Shown here: positions 1 to 13,754 of the stretch, in pieces | How the letters are laid out: each line of letters begins with the position of its first letter | How positions within the stretch are numbered: position 1 is the first letter of the stretch | Assembly (NCBI GenBank): GCA_010015805.1 | Contig: ML978121.1 | Location: 2,542,001-2,606,000 of the forward strand | Direction of reading: 5' to 3' | Source: Rhizodiscina lignyota | Lineage: Eukaryota | DNA: 64,000 nucleotides | The notes under the pieces: model-generated | What the model was told of the DNA's origin: nothing | Seen by the model: only the letters and a program-made list of their open reading frames with translations | The model's database searches: none | Position numbers and translations under genes: made by a program

Positions 1-569
1 GTAGAGAAGATTTCGCGCACAGTAGCTAGATCCTTGACACCCTGGAAGAACGGGTTGTCTGGCGCGTTAAGGAAATAGATGTCGATTCCGTCGGCATCAT
101 GCTGCGTGCAGATGGGCGTAATAGTTTCGAGCGCGCCCTTCGTCTCCCGCCAGGAGCGACCGGCCATGCTGCCGGAGTCATCGATTAAGAAAACTGTGTC
201 GAAGCTGCTAAGGAAGGCATAGCGATCATCTGCAGTCGCAGCTGAAGTTGACGATGTTTGCTCGCTTGAGCTAGTCGCCACAGGAGCGCTGTTAACTGGA
301 GCCGCCGGAGTGTACGCTGGTGGCGGCTCATTCGACGGAACTGTAAAGGCGTTCATGCCGGGTCGGTCTTTGAAATTGTTAGAAGCTAGTTCCATATAAG
401 TAGAGGCTTTGAACTCACCTGGTCGCCTCGTCGACGGAGCTGTCGAATTGTGGCGATTTGCGTTTCTAGCGTTGTTCAAATCTATTGGAGATTTGAAGCT
501 TGGTTCTTTAGATTTTGATCCGGAGAGCTTGTGCTTTAAGCTCCCGAGAATGCTGTTCCTTGATGACAT
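1..569 (-). CDS. von Willebrand factor A (vWA) domain protein, 5' part only (runs off window start)
   Basis: Manual translation from ATG 569 with intron 368-418 gives MSSRNSILGSLKHKLSG...EPPPAYTP...DRYAFLSSFDTVFLIDDSGSMAGRSWRETKGALETITPICTQHDADGIDIYFLN; DDSGS is a MIDAS DxSxS motif. Missing from the ORF track because its stop lies outside the window. Confidence 0.85.
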   Translation of the reverse strand, partial: MSSRNSILGSLKHKLSGSKSKEPSFKSPIDLNNARNANRHNSTAPSTRRPGEFKASTYMELASNNFKDRPGMNAFTVPSNEPPPAYTPAAPVNSAPVATSSSEQTSSTSAATADDRYAFLSSFDTVFLIDDSGSMAGRSWRETKGALETITPICTQHDADGIDIYFLNAPDNPFFQGVKDLATVREIFS

Positions 570-1359
570 GCCACTGCTCGTTCGCCGCGGAAGGCTAGTT
601 GCAGGAGAGTTGCATGAAGAGTTAAAGAGGTGAGAAGTATTTACGATGGTCGACATTGTGACACAGATTTTAAGCAAACACCGGTAGTGTGGCTCTTGCT
701 TGCGGGGAAAGTCAGGTGGACTTGCTGTTATTTGTCTTGTGAAAATAAGTGCATGATTGTTGGTGAAGCCAACCTACCTTTATACATAACTACATAGTCG
801 CCCCTTCTTCACGAAATGGGCATCATGATACGATCGCGTGCTCGAGGCAATGCAGAGGGCGAATATGCCTTGAGCGTACCAATCCCAACAGTGATAAGCT
901 TTGAACCGCCGATACCCTTCATAATTCCCTCAAGGTGGACCTGGGCGTCTATCCGATGTTCTTTGTTGCGGCTCAGCCTCGTCACGTGAAATTTTAGTGA
1001 GCCACAATTAAGGCGGTGCATCGAGTAATGGGAGCCTGACTCCTGCAGCGCCACTATCAGGCTCCGCTTTGAATTCTGTGCCTTGTCTTGTCTCGTGTGG
1101 GGTACAGCCTGTGCACAGAGCCGAGTGGCTGGGTCGGGACCATTTGACCGAAAGAATTGTGAGGCTTCATCCACCCCCTTGATAATTTCCGGGTGACATG
1201 GCACAATGGCGCTATGTTATCATCCAGGGTCTCAAAAGCACGTTTTATGAATTGTCTGTGGCCTCATGGGCGGAGTCTATTGACAAGGCTTTGTGATAGA
1301 AGAGCAGGAAACCAGCCTTATCTGTGCAGGCGTATTCTCTCTGACAAATGCAGAGCAAC

Positions 1360-2723
1360 CTACACATCTCTGGAGGTCCAATCTCTTGTAACAGCCGTAA
1401 ACATGTCTCTGATATTGAGATGCCTCGTGAGGCACAAACTTCCGTGACCACGGTCACTGCCTGCCCTCGGTCTGCTACTCATCATCGAAGCGTTCCATAT
1501 GACCGGCCGCTTTGCATCGGTCCAGCTATAGTCTGCCCTACGGGCATCCCAACAGTCCGCACAAATTCCAATATCTATGTTTGCCGTATCAAGGCTGAGA
1601 TAGCGCTGGATATGATCAAGCAACGGCAAAAGCCTGCCTCGTAGGCCGCAATGCTTGTGATTCGTATCGATTTGGTATTCAGGGCATTGTCGCAGTGTGT
1701 CTATCAGGCGCTCGATGTCGCCTTGGTATTGCATCGGCCCATCTGGATTGAAGATAGAGCCTCGCAGAGGAAGCGTGTCAAGGCGATGGAAGAACCGCAT
1801 CATTTCGCCGAGTTGGAAAGAATCGCATTGAAGGGAGGAATCGTAGCCGAGTTTACATTGGCGCTCACCGTGGGTATAGAGCCTGAGAAAATGCGTTTGG
1901 ATGGATTGTAGGGTATCGAGGATGTATTCTCGACGCTGTATCATTTCCTCTGAAACGAATTAGCTGTATCATTCACCAGAAACCTCGATATCTTGATACC
2001 TTCGATGCCGAGAGGTAAATCCCAATACAGCGCACAATCATGATCCTCCGGAGCTTCAGGCTTCCATCGGCTAGAATTCTTAAGGATTAATCTCTTGGAA
2101 TACATCGACACCCAAGTGCCATGATCCAACAGTACTCCAATAAGAAGCTTTTGGCGTACTCTTTCTTCTGACAAATTGGCGCTTGTTCCTCGGTTCGTCT
2201 TGGCATCTAATGTCTGCAAGAACCGATGCTTCCTCACGAATTTCGATAGGACTGGAATAGCGTCGAAACGATCCGCAACAATGGTCAAGTTCGCAAGGTT
2301 GGGAATAGGAGGGTTTGACGTGGAGAGCTCCTGCCCATGGAGAGCACGCAAGAAGTCTGCTGCGAGGACTTTGATAGTATTGACCTTGGAGATTCGGCCC
2401 ACATCTGATATCACGACCTGAGGCAGCTCTTTCGGACGTGCTAGTTCAATCTCGCTGTACCTCTCCCTCAACACTGCAATCTCCCGACAGACTCTGGAGC
2501 CTTCGGCGAACTTGTCCGGGTGAAGAAGACTCGCGAAGTATGGCGAGCCCTGCCGCAAACGATCCGCCTCAACACGGTATTTGTAGGACTTGCGTTGGAC
2601 ATGGTCGTAAATGCTGAGGAGTAGATCGCCTCTGGTAGAGACAATGGTTAAATTCGTGTCTGTCGGTGGGTCAGAGTATAGATCATCGTCGTCATTGTCT
2701 ACAGCCACGACAGCCATTGCCAT
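1360..2723 (-). CDS. BTB/POZ-like domain protein (2 exons)
   Basis: ORFs 1941-2723 and 1360-1944 join in frame across intron 1950-1999; N-terminal 'RGDLLLSI...YRVEADRLRQGSPYFASLL' resembles fungal BTB domains; Cys/His-containing C-terminal part (CKLGYDSSLQCDSFQLGEM). Confidence 0.7.
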
Positions 2724-3290
2724 CGAAAAGCTGCAGTTGATGAGCAGTCACAATGAGCATCTGCCGTCAAGAGCTGGTCGCTGAGATAAGTAAGAAGGTA
2801 CAGCACCGGCACAAGAGGAGTTTCACGGATATGGCCACGCCATGAGCAAGACAAACGCGAAGGATCTTCTGGTGGCACAGACAAGCTCAGTGGCGATGTT
2901 CCTAAGAAAAGACAGTTGATGCCATCGTCTTCGGTCTCGGATCTAAGCCCTCCACCTTTTTAGTTTTGCCGAATATTTGCCGGCCCGAAAGCCAATTAGG
3001 GACGATGCAGTAATCAACCAATTGACTTGTTGATGATTGGTTCATTCTTAGCTACGTACATTCCTCATCGCCTAAGCGTTCAGAGTTGCGATACCTTACA
3101 TTATGCCATATTGCTACCTCTTTGCCTGATTGTGTTATGGACCATACACCTTCAGTTCTCAGTGTAAGCAGCTTTGTTGAACCGCTTTCCCAATTCATAC
3201 TTGAAAACGAGCAGCCATCGTTGCTCGCCTGCATCACCCACTGTGCTTCGATCAACTAACTTGTCTATGACAAGACTCACGTCTCGATGC

Positions 3291-4672
3291 TTACTCCGAT
3301 ACCTCGCGCACGTTGTGAGAGGTTCCAGCGACGGGGGTATCCTTCGCCTTCACGAACGTGTCCTCAAGCACGCCCTTCTCCTTCGGCTCGCCACTATACT
3401 CGCTCTCGCTAGCATGGCTGGGCAGATCACGCTTTCGCGGCTTCATGAATGGCCAGTGGCCACGCTTCTCGTAAAACATCATCACGAGGAAGCCCACAAT
3501 TACTGCGATCCAGTACATGTTGTACGAGATGACCGATCCGTACGTGGCGGAGTTCTCCCAGCCGAACAGAGCATTGAAGATACCCCAACCACCGCCGCCG
3601 TTAAGTTCGGCATTGCAGCACTATTCGGGAAGTAAGTGGGCTTGCATCACAATACAGGGAAGCGACACATACGTTGACGTGCCACACGCTCTTGCGGATA
3701 TCATACGAGCCAGCGCCAGAGCCGGTCTCAGCGGCATCACCACCAGTCGCGTCGTTCCACTGGAAAAGACATCAGTTACGGCATCTCTTATATCCAGTGT
3801 GCTACTAACCGCATTCTGCTCGAAGTACCAGACCGACTTTGAGAATAGACCGGCCGCAACAAGGTAGAGGAAGCAAGTCGAGATAATCAGGAAGATCTGC
3901 ATCGCGCTGGTGTTTCCGACCCTGCGATTCCATCAGATGCCATTTATGACTTCGTCACTTCAGAGGAAACTCACTTGTAGATGACGTAGCCGACGGCGAT
4001 TCCAGCAAGGAGCCCGCAAATCACTGCCAGAGGGAAGGACGACGCTGGAAGGCCGAGTCCTACACCACCAATGAAGACGACGGCCTCCAAACCCTCTCTG
4101 AGCACGGTGATGAACGGCAAGATGAACATGGCATATTTCTCGGCCCATCGCTTGAGTCTGCCCGAGAACCGGGTGTTGGTATTATCCCTGGCCTCGAGAG
4201 CGCGCGCAAGCTTTACCCTCCATTTCTCCTGCAGCTTTGACACTCTCAAGAGTGCGGCTCCCATCAGCGTAATGATGATGGAAGCAAGGAGCGCGAACAC
4301 GCCTTCCCATATTTCCTCGCTGCTTCCCCAAATGTCCTTGTCGAGTCCGTAAAAGGCGCCGATCAGGCCAGCTCCGATGATGATACAAATGAGAAGCCCC
4401 AAAGCGGTCCCAAACCAGATCTGTAATGTTCTTGTCAGAGTCGAAACATGCTACTGTTGGTCGAAATGCGTACCTGTTTCAGCAACTTTTTATACACGAC
4501 AGGATCCTTGTCTGGACCGATGGTCTGCTTTACCCAAGCCAGGAGCACCGAGACGATAATGCTCGTCTCAAGACATTCTCGGAAACAGATGAAGAAGACT
4601 GTGGCACGTTAACGCGGGAAGAGCCAGGGATAGGGGCGCCGTTTTACCTGGCACAGCAAACACGTTCACCAT
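3291..4672 (-). CDS. FTR1: High-affinity iron permease (Ftr1/FtrA), multi-exon
   Basis: Spliced start [23 protein letters not shown] (intron 4599-4647); two RExxE motifs (RECLE, REGLE); several hydrophobic TM segments; divergent from a Fet3-type oxidase. Confidence 0.96.
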
Positions 4673-4771
4673 CTTGGGCGAACTAACTAAAGGACAACAC
4701 TACAGTCACGATCGAACTCGAAAAGCCTTCGATCCAGCTATGTTTGTTGAGAAGGAGGCTCAAAAACCTCG

Positions 4772-5778
4772 ATCTGATAGGGGTGGGTGATAAAAGATCA
4801 AAAGATCAATCTGATAACCTTGTTATAACTTCAAGCGTCGAAAAGCTGGAGCGGGCCAGCCCAACTCACGCTGATCGGCCGACTTCGGGACGCTAATTTA
4901 CCTCAACTCCGCCGCGAGGGAATGCGACCCGAGTAATGGAAGCGCGGAAGCGAATTGGTTGAGTGGAGTGATTATCCCTCCATCGTTTCCCGCAGTCATG
5001 CATAGTCGTTTCCATTATCCAAGGGTCCGCCCAAAATGTAGGTAAGCGAATCGAGGTCGTACAACATTAGCGCACGTTCCTTTTTCCTTGCTTCCCGCAA
5101 GAGCTCCAGCACAGTCCGGCTTCGCGAGCCGTCTTGATTCTCCGTCACCAGCTTTTTCGCCGCTTCCAGTCATACTATTCTTAATTTCTAAGATGCGCAT
5201 TAGCTGTCTCATGAATTGTCATTTCATGCATAGTTGAAGAGATTATCTCTGGGCATAAGCTTCCCAACGTCGGAGGGTCTGCGACAGGCTTGCCAAGTAC
5301 CTGCCACAATTGGGCCTAGCGACGCTAGTGTGCAAGGACCTCACCAGCAACCTTGCCGTTATCCGATGATCTGATTTTCCTCTTTCAGCACCGTTTTTCC
5401 TCCAGTTGTTCGCCTACCGTTCAGTTTTAGCTTCGCCTGTGCTATAGGCATTCCTTCTCGCGCCAATATCTCGAGCTTTTAAAGAGCTTCAGCTGAGCGC
5501 AGTTGCTCAGTGACCAATTGAGGCTTCATTTGCAACACAGCTTACGATTGGCACTTGCCCAGTCGAGCAAAAAGCCACCCCATCCCCGCTAAGTTCATCA
5601 AGCTACGACTGGGCGAATCTTATCCGGCCCCTCCACACCCTAGTTTCCGTGAGAAGCATTTCCCAGGCTGCCTGGCGCTCTTAGCGTATGTCCATGTGAT
5701 TCAGTTATCTGATCCTCCGACCTTCGGCCAGCAATCCAGAACCGTAGGGTGGCGGAGGCGCTGAAAATTTTATCAGAT
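4772..5778. promoter_or_regulatory. Cluster of SreA/Sre1-type iron-responsive GATA elements in the shared FTR1-FET3 promoter
   Basis: Exact ATCWGATAA matches at 4809-4817 (+), 5705-5713 (-) and 5770-5778 (-); one-mismatch copies at 4772-4780 and 5359-5367. Confidence 0.8.
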
Positions 5779-6066
5779 CATTGATTAGATTGGTCTGACC
5801 TGCTGTAGTGCAAGTAGGCCGAAGCGAGGCGATCCACCAGGATATTTGACACGATCAGCAGATCACCGCACTCCCCGAAGCCGCTCCACGCGCTCGAGGT
5901 GTCCGCAGAACATTCGATCTTATCAATCTCCCAAATCTTTGGCCGCCGAGTCCATTGGAGCGAAAACAAAGCGTACATCTATCCGTCGACCTGGTTGAAA
6001 GCTCTCAAAGCTTCTCAACGTGAACTGGGTGTGCATGTATCGTTAAGAGCCTCATCTTACTTCACA

Positions 6067-8150
6067 ATGGCTCTTTCACTGTCGAATTTCCGCTACTGTT
6101 GCTTCGCATTGCTCTCTTTCAGCGTATTCTGCAATGCCGTTACCGTCACATACAACTTCAACGCAACTTGGGTCACTGCTAATCCAGATGGCGCATTCCC
6201 AAGGCCAGTCATTGGTATCAACAACCAGTGGCCGCTCCCCGTAGTACGTGCGAACAAAGGCGACACCATCGTAGTACACTTTACCAACCTGCTTGGAAAC
6301 CAATCCTCGAGTCTTCACTGGCATGGTATTTACCAGAATGGAACTACCCATATGGACGGCGCAGTGGGAGTTAGCCAATGTGAAGTCGGTCCTGGCAGAT
6401 CGCTTACTTACAACTTTACGGTGAGTTTGAGATGTGGTTCGCTATGAGCATTCTGCTAATTCCCCCAGGTGAATCAAGTGGGCACCTACTGGTATCATTC
6501 GCACATCAACGCCCAGTACCCAGATGGAATCCGTGGCCCACTGATTATCGAAGACCCAGATAACCCTTATGCCGACGAATTTGATGAAGAACTCTTACTT
6601 ACGCTCTCTGACTGGTATCATGATCAGATGCCGAACCTAATGGCTAGCTTCGTCAGTGTCACGAATCCAACTGGTGCCGAGCCCGTCCCAGATGCGGCGC
6701 TCATGAACGACACCCAAAATTTGCAGATCAAAATACAACCGGGAAAGACGTACATGATCCGCATTGCCAATATAGCGGCTTTTGCGGGGCAGTACTTCTG
6801 GATAGAAGGTCATACAATGCGTATTATCGAGGTTGATGGTATCTACACGAAGGCTGCCGAAGCCAGCATGATTTACATTACAGCCGCACAACGGTACAGT
6901 GTACTGGTTACGATGAAGAATGACACGAGCAAAAACTATGCCATTGTCGGCAGCATGGACGAAGTCAGTGGTGCACTTCTTTACGAATGCCTTTACTGAC
7001 AGTTAATCAGGATCTCTTTGATACTGTTCCTCCCACGCTCAACCCGAACGTGACGAGTTTCCTCATCTACGATCAGTCGAAAGATCTGCCAACTGCGGCT
7101 TTATTGGACGAGTTTGATCCTTTCGACGACTTCACATTGGAAGCATATGACGACGAGAAGCTCTTTGAAAATGTCGACCACTCTATTGAATTGACCCTGA
7201 AAATGGACAACTTAGGAAACGGAGCCAATTAGTAAGACAAGTCTATCTTGCAATAATATTGGTTGCGCTGACGATAGTAGTGCCTTCTTTAATGATATAT
7301 CGTTTGTAACGCCCAAAGTCCCTATCTTATTCAGCGCACTCTCTACTGGCAACGCGGCGAACAATGCCACAGTGTATGGTGCCAACTCGAATGCATTCGT
7401 TCTCCAGAGAGGAGAGGTTGTCGAGATTGTTCTTAACAATAATGACCCGGGAAAGCATCCTTTCCATTTGCACGGCCACAATTTCCAGCTTGCTTGGCGT
7501 GCGGACGACGAAGCTGGCGATTATGACCCGAACAACGCAACGTTCCACTCTGTACCGATGAGAAGAGACACTGTCATGGTGCGACCTGATGCCAATATGG
7601 TCCTTCGCTTCAGAGCGGATAACCCTGGAGTCTGGTTTTTCCATTGTCACATTGAATGGTCCGTCTCTGTTAGCCCAATAGATGCAAGAGGACTGTACTA
7701 ATTTGGCCTAGGCATCTGGCAACCGGTCTCGCTGTTGTTATGGTTGAAGCACCCCTTGACCTTCAGAAATCACTCAAGGTTCCAGAAGACTTTATTCAAG
7801 CCTGCCGTGACTCGAACACACCCTTCGAGGGCAACGCGGCTGGTAACACGAAAGATGTGTTTGACCTGACCGGCGAAAACAAAAGTATCGCTCCACTACC
7901 CGCCGGCTTCACTGCACGAGGTATCGTGGCCCTGGTGTTCAGCTGTGTCTCCGCATTCTTGGGTTTGGCAGTCATTGCTTGGTAAGTCGCCAAACTTAAT
8001 TCCATACCTGCATAGTTATAGGGCTTTTCCAAGGCAGCGATATCACAACAGAAGTTAACTTATGTTTGTAGGTACGGCGCCGCCCCGATTGGCACGGCTG
8101 AGGTAGCTTCCGCGCAAAGGCGAATCGTCGAATCCGGACAAGAGGAATGA
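6067..8150 (+). CDS. FET3: Multicopper ferroxidase (Fet3/FetC), multi-exon
   Basis: Signal peptide; Cu-ligand motifs [24 protein letters not shown]; Fet3-type GAEPVPD; C-terminal TM helix ([23 protein letters not shown]); stop TGA 8148-8150. Confidence 0.96.
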
Positions 8151-10009
8151 TTGAGGTATCAATTGGGCGTTTAGTTCTTAATTGAGAGAGGTGCATGTAC
8201 AGATCAGACGATTCTCTATGACACGTGTGAGAGTATCCGGGATGAGAGGGCGATTAGGCTGAATGACTTCATGAGACGAATATTTTTAAGAATGCAATAG
8301 TTCTTTAATTTGGCGACGGGGTATAGTTCCCTTGGACACGTACGATACCTAAATGTCAAGCTCCTTCTCTGCTTCTTCTCTTAGCCAGTCGGTCGACATT
8401 GCGCAATGCATCTTGCTCCACTAAACAATCCTGCCGCCGAGAGTGCGTCAGTGCCTGGGAACAGACCAGTCTGCGGAGCAAAGTGGACTGAGGGAGGAGT
8501 CGGGAGGACGGCAGCTCTTGCTTTCAACTCAAATCCTCTCCAGTTGCCGCCCACGCCAGGCGACCTTGCTTCCAAATCCCTACGTACTCAGTGCTTGATC
8601 AATTGCCCTTCGGTATTGGAATTTCGTACAATGCGGCACGGACGTTTTCTCAATATCCTTGTCAAACTGAAAGATCATCTGAGCACCAACGGTTTGGTCG
8701 CCGCGACGCGCATCCCAGACAGCGCATTTAGCCAATAAGCGACGCGACTGGCCCGCAACACGGCCGGCGGCTATTGGCCCTTGCGATGTTTCGTTCTGGA
8801 AGATCAATTTGATGAAGGTCGAGCTGTTTTAAGCACAAGATCTTGGATAGCACGGTCCTGGAACCAACCTTCACTGGTTGATATAGCTCGAGAGAGCGCA
8901 CCCGAAGCAGCTGATCGTTCGATACAGATTGAACGTGGATAGAGAGTTTTAGGTCGAGACGGCCTGCGTGAGGACGCTGGTTACACAACATAAGGTATCG
9001 ACCACGAAGATGTGGGTGTGTGGTACCAACACTGCAAGTCGCCGACGCGCATCTGCCATGCTTCCAAGAACCAAGTTTCTGGCCGAGCGTCCGCCAGCGA
9101 ATTTCGACGTGCCGCGTCGATGGACTCTGGAGAATAGAGCGCTTATGCAAGCCCGGAGTACAAGGCGGGTACGTACCGCTCATGAACCTTACATCAGCAC
9201 GGTTAATGAGGCCCTTCAGCTGTCAGGACGCAAATTGAACGTGGACAATGCTGGCGAGAGGTAGTGCGACGTGCACGACATTCTTCTCTATAGACATTGT
9301 TTCAGAGACATGAGCCCTTTTTGACTACCCTTTTTTAGCCATTCTAGGTAGGCACCTCTCCCGCTCTCTATCCACAACGTTCACCACCCACGCCGCAACG
9401 CCAACCGTCGAAAAGTCGCCGCACTAGCCTTCATATCGCCTGGCGCTTCCGCTGAGGCTCTATTCCGAGCGCCGTCCTTGCAACGGTCCCGGACCTTGTA
9501 GATACCAAGATGGCGTGGTTGGGTCGCGCGTCGATTGTCGTTTGCAAGGGCCTGGCGGCTCTGCGATCTGGCGGTGCCCAATGGGACGCGAGGAATGCTC
9601 GGGGCTATTTTTGCTACGCGCCTCAGGACGCTTCTCCACTCTCCACCGCTGCCATGTGCTTTTCTTGTGTAATGAGGAGTCTGCCTCAACGGCGCATATA
9701 TTATCGTGGGCACGCGGTCGGAGCGTAGGACGGGCGCTTCATGTTGTGTTGGTTTTTCCTAACTACTCTCTAATTGAACTTTTCCTCGACGATTTTCCTT
9801 TCTCATAATCCTTGGGTTCCTTTCTGTGTGTCTTTTGGGAGAACATCCAGCTGGGAGATAATTATACATTTCCTCAAGAGAGACTTCGCGATTTCCTCCA
9901 CGAAACGAACGGGGCTGGAGACCTTCGTCTATCCTCTCGCATTCAGGACGCTTCTAAAAAAAAAAAGTCGTCATTCCGGCGTCTTTTTCGAAACATCAAT
10001 CCTTCCATC

Positions 10010-10852
10010 ATGCATTTCTCAGTAGTGTCTTCACTGCTCCTCTCGACAATCCTCTCATCAGTCCACGTCATAGCTGCTCCTGCACAGCAAGAGAAGAGGG
10101 ATGCTTGGAACAAGGCTCTCGGCTGGCCAGAGCCGGAGTACAACTACTACAAGGCCGTCGGCGATACTGTAGAGAAGGCTGCGCGGGCGAACCAATTGGT
10201 GAACCAGCCAGCATGCAATATGCAATTGGCCCAGATGCCTCAGGGTATGTCATCTTTCCGTCTGAGTTGGAGTTGAAGTCAATGCTAACGACCATGTTCA
10301 GCACCGACACCATTACCACCTCCATCAGCAGGTCTGGTACTGTCACACATTGCAGTCGGTCGGGGAACACAGAACTACACGTGCCCGAAGGACGCTGACG
10401 CGAGCGTCGCACCAACTGCAGTTGGAGCTGTGGCCTCTCTCTTCAACGTCTCCTGCATAGCGGGCAACTACCCACAGCTCTTGTCATTGTTGCCTAGCGT
10501 CGCCGTCCGCTACCCAGTCCCGACAGCGAACAGCCAGCTTGCTCCAGCGAACGTGATGCTCTCAGGGCACCACTACTTCCAGGACGCGACGACGCCGTTC
10601 TTCAACATGATCACATCGGACTCGAACTACGGCATGGTAGCTGCTGCGAAGCTCAACGCGACCAACGCACCAGATGCAGCGAAGGATGTCACTTGGTTGA
10701 AATTGAATGCTAAGGCAGGAAACTGGAGCTTCGTCGAGGTGTACAGAGTGAACACGTCAGGTGGCCAACCACCAAAGACATGTGAAGGCCAGCCAGAGAA
10801 CATCGAGGTCCAGTACGCAGCAGAGTACTGGCTTTGGGCACCGCCGAAATAG
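10010..10852 (+). CDS. Secreted DUF3455-family protein (2 exons)
   Basis: Signal peptide MHFSVVSSLLLSTILSSVHVIA followed by a KR site; motifs AVGRGTQNYTC, AVGAVASLF, GHHYF, VYRVNTSGGQPP, YAAEYW; intron about 10245-10301. Confidence 0.8.
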
Positions 10853-11161
10853 ATTCGGGCAGAGATAGAATGTCTTTGTAGTCTATTTTCTGGTCAGCGT
10901 TTCTTGTACATGCATTGGGTATGGAGTTACATGGCGTGTCACTCACAGTCGATGAGATGGTAGATACCTCTCCAGCAACGCTGGAGCTTCAATTCATGTT
11001 GTATGTAAACTCACCAAGAGTTCGATGCCGATGCCGGTTATCTATCCCATGCTTCTCATAAGAGTAAATTGCCAAATTGGCTAGCTCCCGACATGCTTCG
11101 GCTGCTCCGATGGCAGAACGATGCACGTGAATTGAAATTTGTCATCCGGAGGGAAGCTTTG

Positions 11162-12935
11162 TCAGGCTTCCCTTCGCCTATCCTTGTATCTCCCACTCCT
11201 TTTTCGCCCTGGTGTGGCTTCATTGCGGCCACCTTGCGAGCTCGTCCCATGCTTTTTGGGCCAATCTTTGGCAACGTCGATGTTGGCCCGGGGGTACCAG
11301 ATTTCTAATAAAATGAAGATTAGGTAATCGATGATCGCGCAGATGCAGAACAATTTCCCCGCCCAAATACCGCAGCCATAGTACCGTTTTAGGCGGTCGA
11401 TAAGGGCAAAGCTTTGCACGCCTGCTCGACCTCGAGCTCCTGACCAGCCGTCCCCAATTGTGTAGCCGTAGAATTCTTCCTCACTCAAGGCGCCGGAGAT
11501 CCCATCATAGACTCGCTCTGTACGTTCGGCAACATCGGTCCATGAGTACATCATTCTGACTTGCTCATGGAACCGATCTGTACGAATCTGGCCGCTTCGC
11601 AGGAGAGCTATGGCGTGCCCGGTTGCGGAAACTAAATCGTCTTCTTCGGGCTTTGCAAAAGTCGTCATATGCGCCGGGAGCACTTCCGGGATGCCGCCAA
11701 CGCGAGTGCACACAACATACAGGCCGCAACTTGCCGCTTCGACGATGACGGTACCAAATGCTTCCGTTAAGCTTGGGTGCAGATAGATATGGCCCCTGAC
11801 CATGACATCCCGGACTTCCTCATGACGCACTGGACCAAGTAATTCGACTTTATCTTGCAGCACGTTCCTTTCCAACATCTGTTCAAGGTCTATGGCCTTC
11901 GGTCCCGACCCAGCAATGATGAATCGGACATTTGGATGAGACGCCAAGATTCTGGGAATTGCCGCAATTAGAAGGTCCGTTCCCTTGTTATAGAAGAGCC
12001 GGGAGATAACGACAATAGTAATGGTGTCGTCCGGGCCAAGACTTAGCTGCGGCGCCACCTGATTGGCAGCGTGAGGTACCAACTTGCTGTCGTGAGCATC
12101 TAAAGGCCGAGACAATGGCTTGAAGTTTTCTGCGACGAGAGCATTTGGTATTACAGATACCATCAGAGGGTCCAGCGAAGCCCGCAGCACGGTGTTTTCT
12201 TTGCTAATACGGAGTTAACGATATACTATACATGGATGTTCATGAGGATTAGGGCAAAGAAGAAAACATACCATGTATGGGATACGCAGATTACATGATC
12301 GACATCGCTCAATGTGAATTTGAGGAGTTTGTTGGTCAGTATGCTTCCGGCATCCGCAAAGCCGAATAGTGAGTGATCGGTGAAGACCGTCCGAAGGCCC
12401 ATGGTCCGAGCATGAAGGATTGCTTCGTGGCAGAAGTTGCTAAGACTAGCATGTCCATGGATGATCTCGATCTGTTCTCTCAGGATGATATTTCGAAATA
12501 TCGGAAAGAATGAGAAGACAGTCGGGAACGTTGTTTCACGGTAGATTACGAAGAAAGGTACATGATAGACTTTCAAGCCATTTGTTAAGTAACGCACTCC
12601 TGTGCGGCCTGGATAGGCATGAGTGATAATGATAACTTTGTGGCCTCGATCGATGAGTTGCTGTGATGCATCAATCAGTAGTGCTGCTCAATTGGGACAG
12701 AGTGCGAGTTTTGGAAAATGCAGTGGCGCGTTAACTCACCGTGGCCACTTGATAAATGTGACTTTCAACCCCCCCTGCATTTCATCAGCTATCTCGAAAC
12801 GGGAAAATGGAGGCGCCTCCAGAACTCGGACCTGGTTGGGGGAAGAAGAAGTCACTAATCATGCTGTGGCCGACGCGTCAATTAGTTAAGCAGTATTCAG
12901 AAATACGCTCGGACTTACGCAATGTTGTAGGGCAT
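11162..12935 (-). CDS. GPI3: Phosphatidylinositol N-acetylglucosaminyltransferase catalytic subunit (PIG-A/Gpi3/Spt14)
   Basis: Spliced N-terminus [40 protein letters not shown]4 motif [18 protein letters not shown]-terminal TM segment. Confidence 0.95.
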
Positions 12936-13754
12936 CTTGTCCGCCTCTGTGAAGTCCAGAAGAGGCTCTTTGTCGAATGAAGTCCATCACGGATGTATCA
13001 TGGCGCCGTTATGGTGTTGATCTGGGCCTTGCGGAGAGTTGAATGTTGGATTGAGGATTGAAGATGTCGCGCAGGGAGCAGCGCTAAGCCAGTTCGGGAG
13101 CCCCTGACATCGTTTTGGCGATGTCAACCGCCAACGCCTCCTAGCCGGGCTGTGCCTGTGAGTTTAAGTCCGCCTGGGGATGGGGAATTGATGAAACAAT
13201 CGACCGTGGGGCAAATTGCCTCTATCTCGGCCTCGATCTAGGCAATTGAAACACAGGTCGCCGAGCAACATCGAACGTCACACAATCTTGGCTGAAGCTT
13301 GTGCTTCGTCTTAAATCCGGCCTCTTGGGCCTCGCTTCTTAAAGCTAAAAGGAGCACCGGAGCTGGCAGGGCGTGCTTACGTAGGCACGCGACGAACGCA
13401 GCATGTAAGATTTTGGTTCGCCTGTCGCTGTCTTGTCTCTTCCTGGAAGTTCTCATAATTCCTGACAAAGCGCGCCTTTTTCTCGAGTCTCGTAAAGTCC
13501 TAACGATTTCCAGTATTTTTGTCGGGATCGCGTTGAATTTTGGGGCTTCCCATCTGCTTCATCTGGCCTTTCAGAAGAGATACTGTGACGCATCAAGAGC
13601 TGGGACGGTCAGACGCCTCAAAGGGGACCACTCCGACTTAAAAGATCGACTTTAAGACGACTTTTGCGGCTCTGCGTGGGGCTGCGGGCGTGATCCTTCC
13701 CTTGCCATCCGCCTGCAAGATCCACCTTTGCGTCCATATTTGGAACCCTTCCGA

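Noticed and set aside
5899..6066. In-frame non-AUG N-terminal extensions in the ORF track (FET3; also HSP104, the DUF3455 gene and the FYVE gene)
   Set aside because: Artefacts of allowing GTG/TTG starts; for FET3 and DUF3455 the signal peptide begins at the first ATG.
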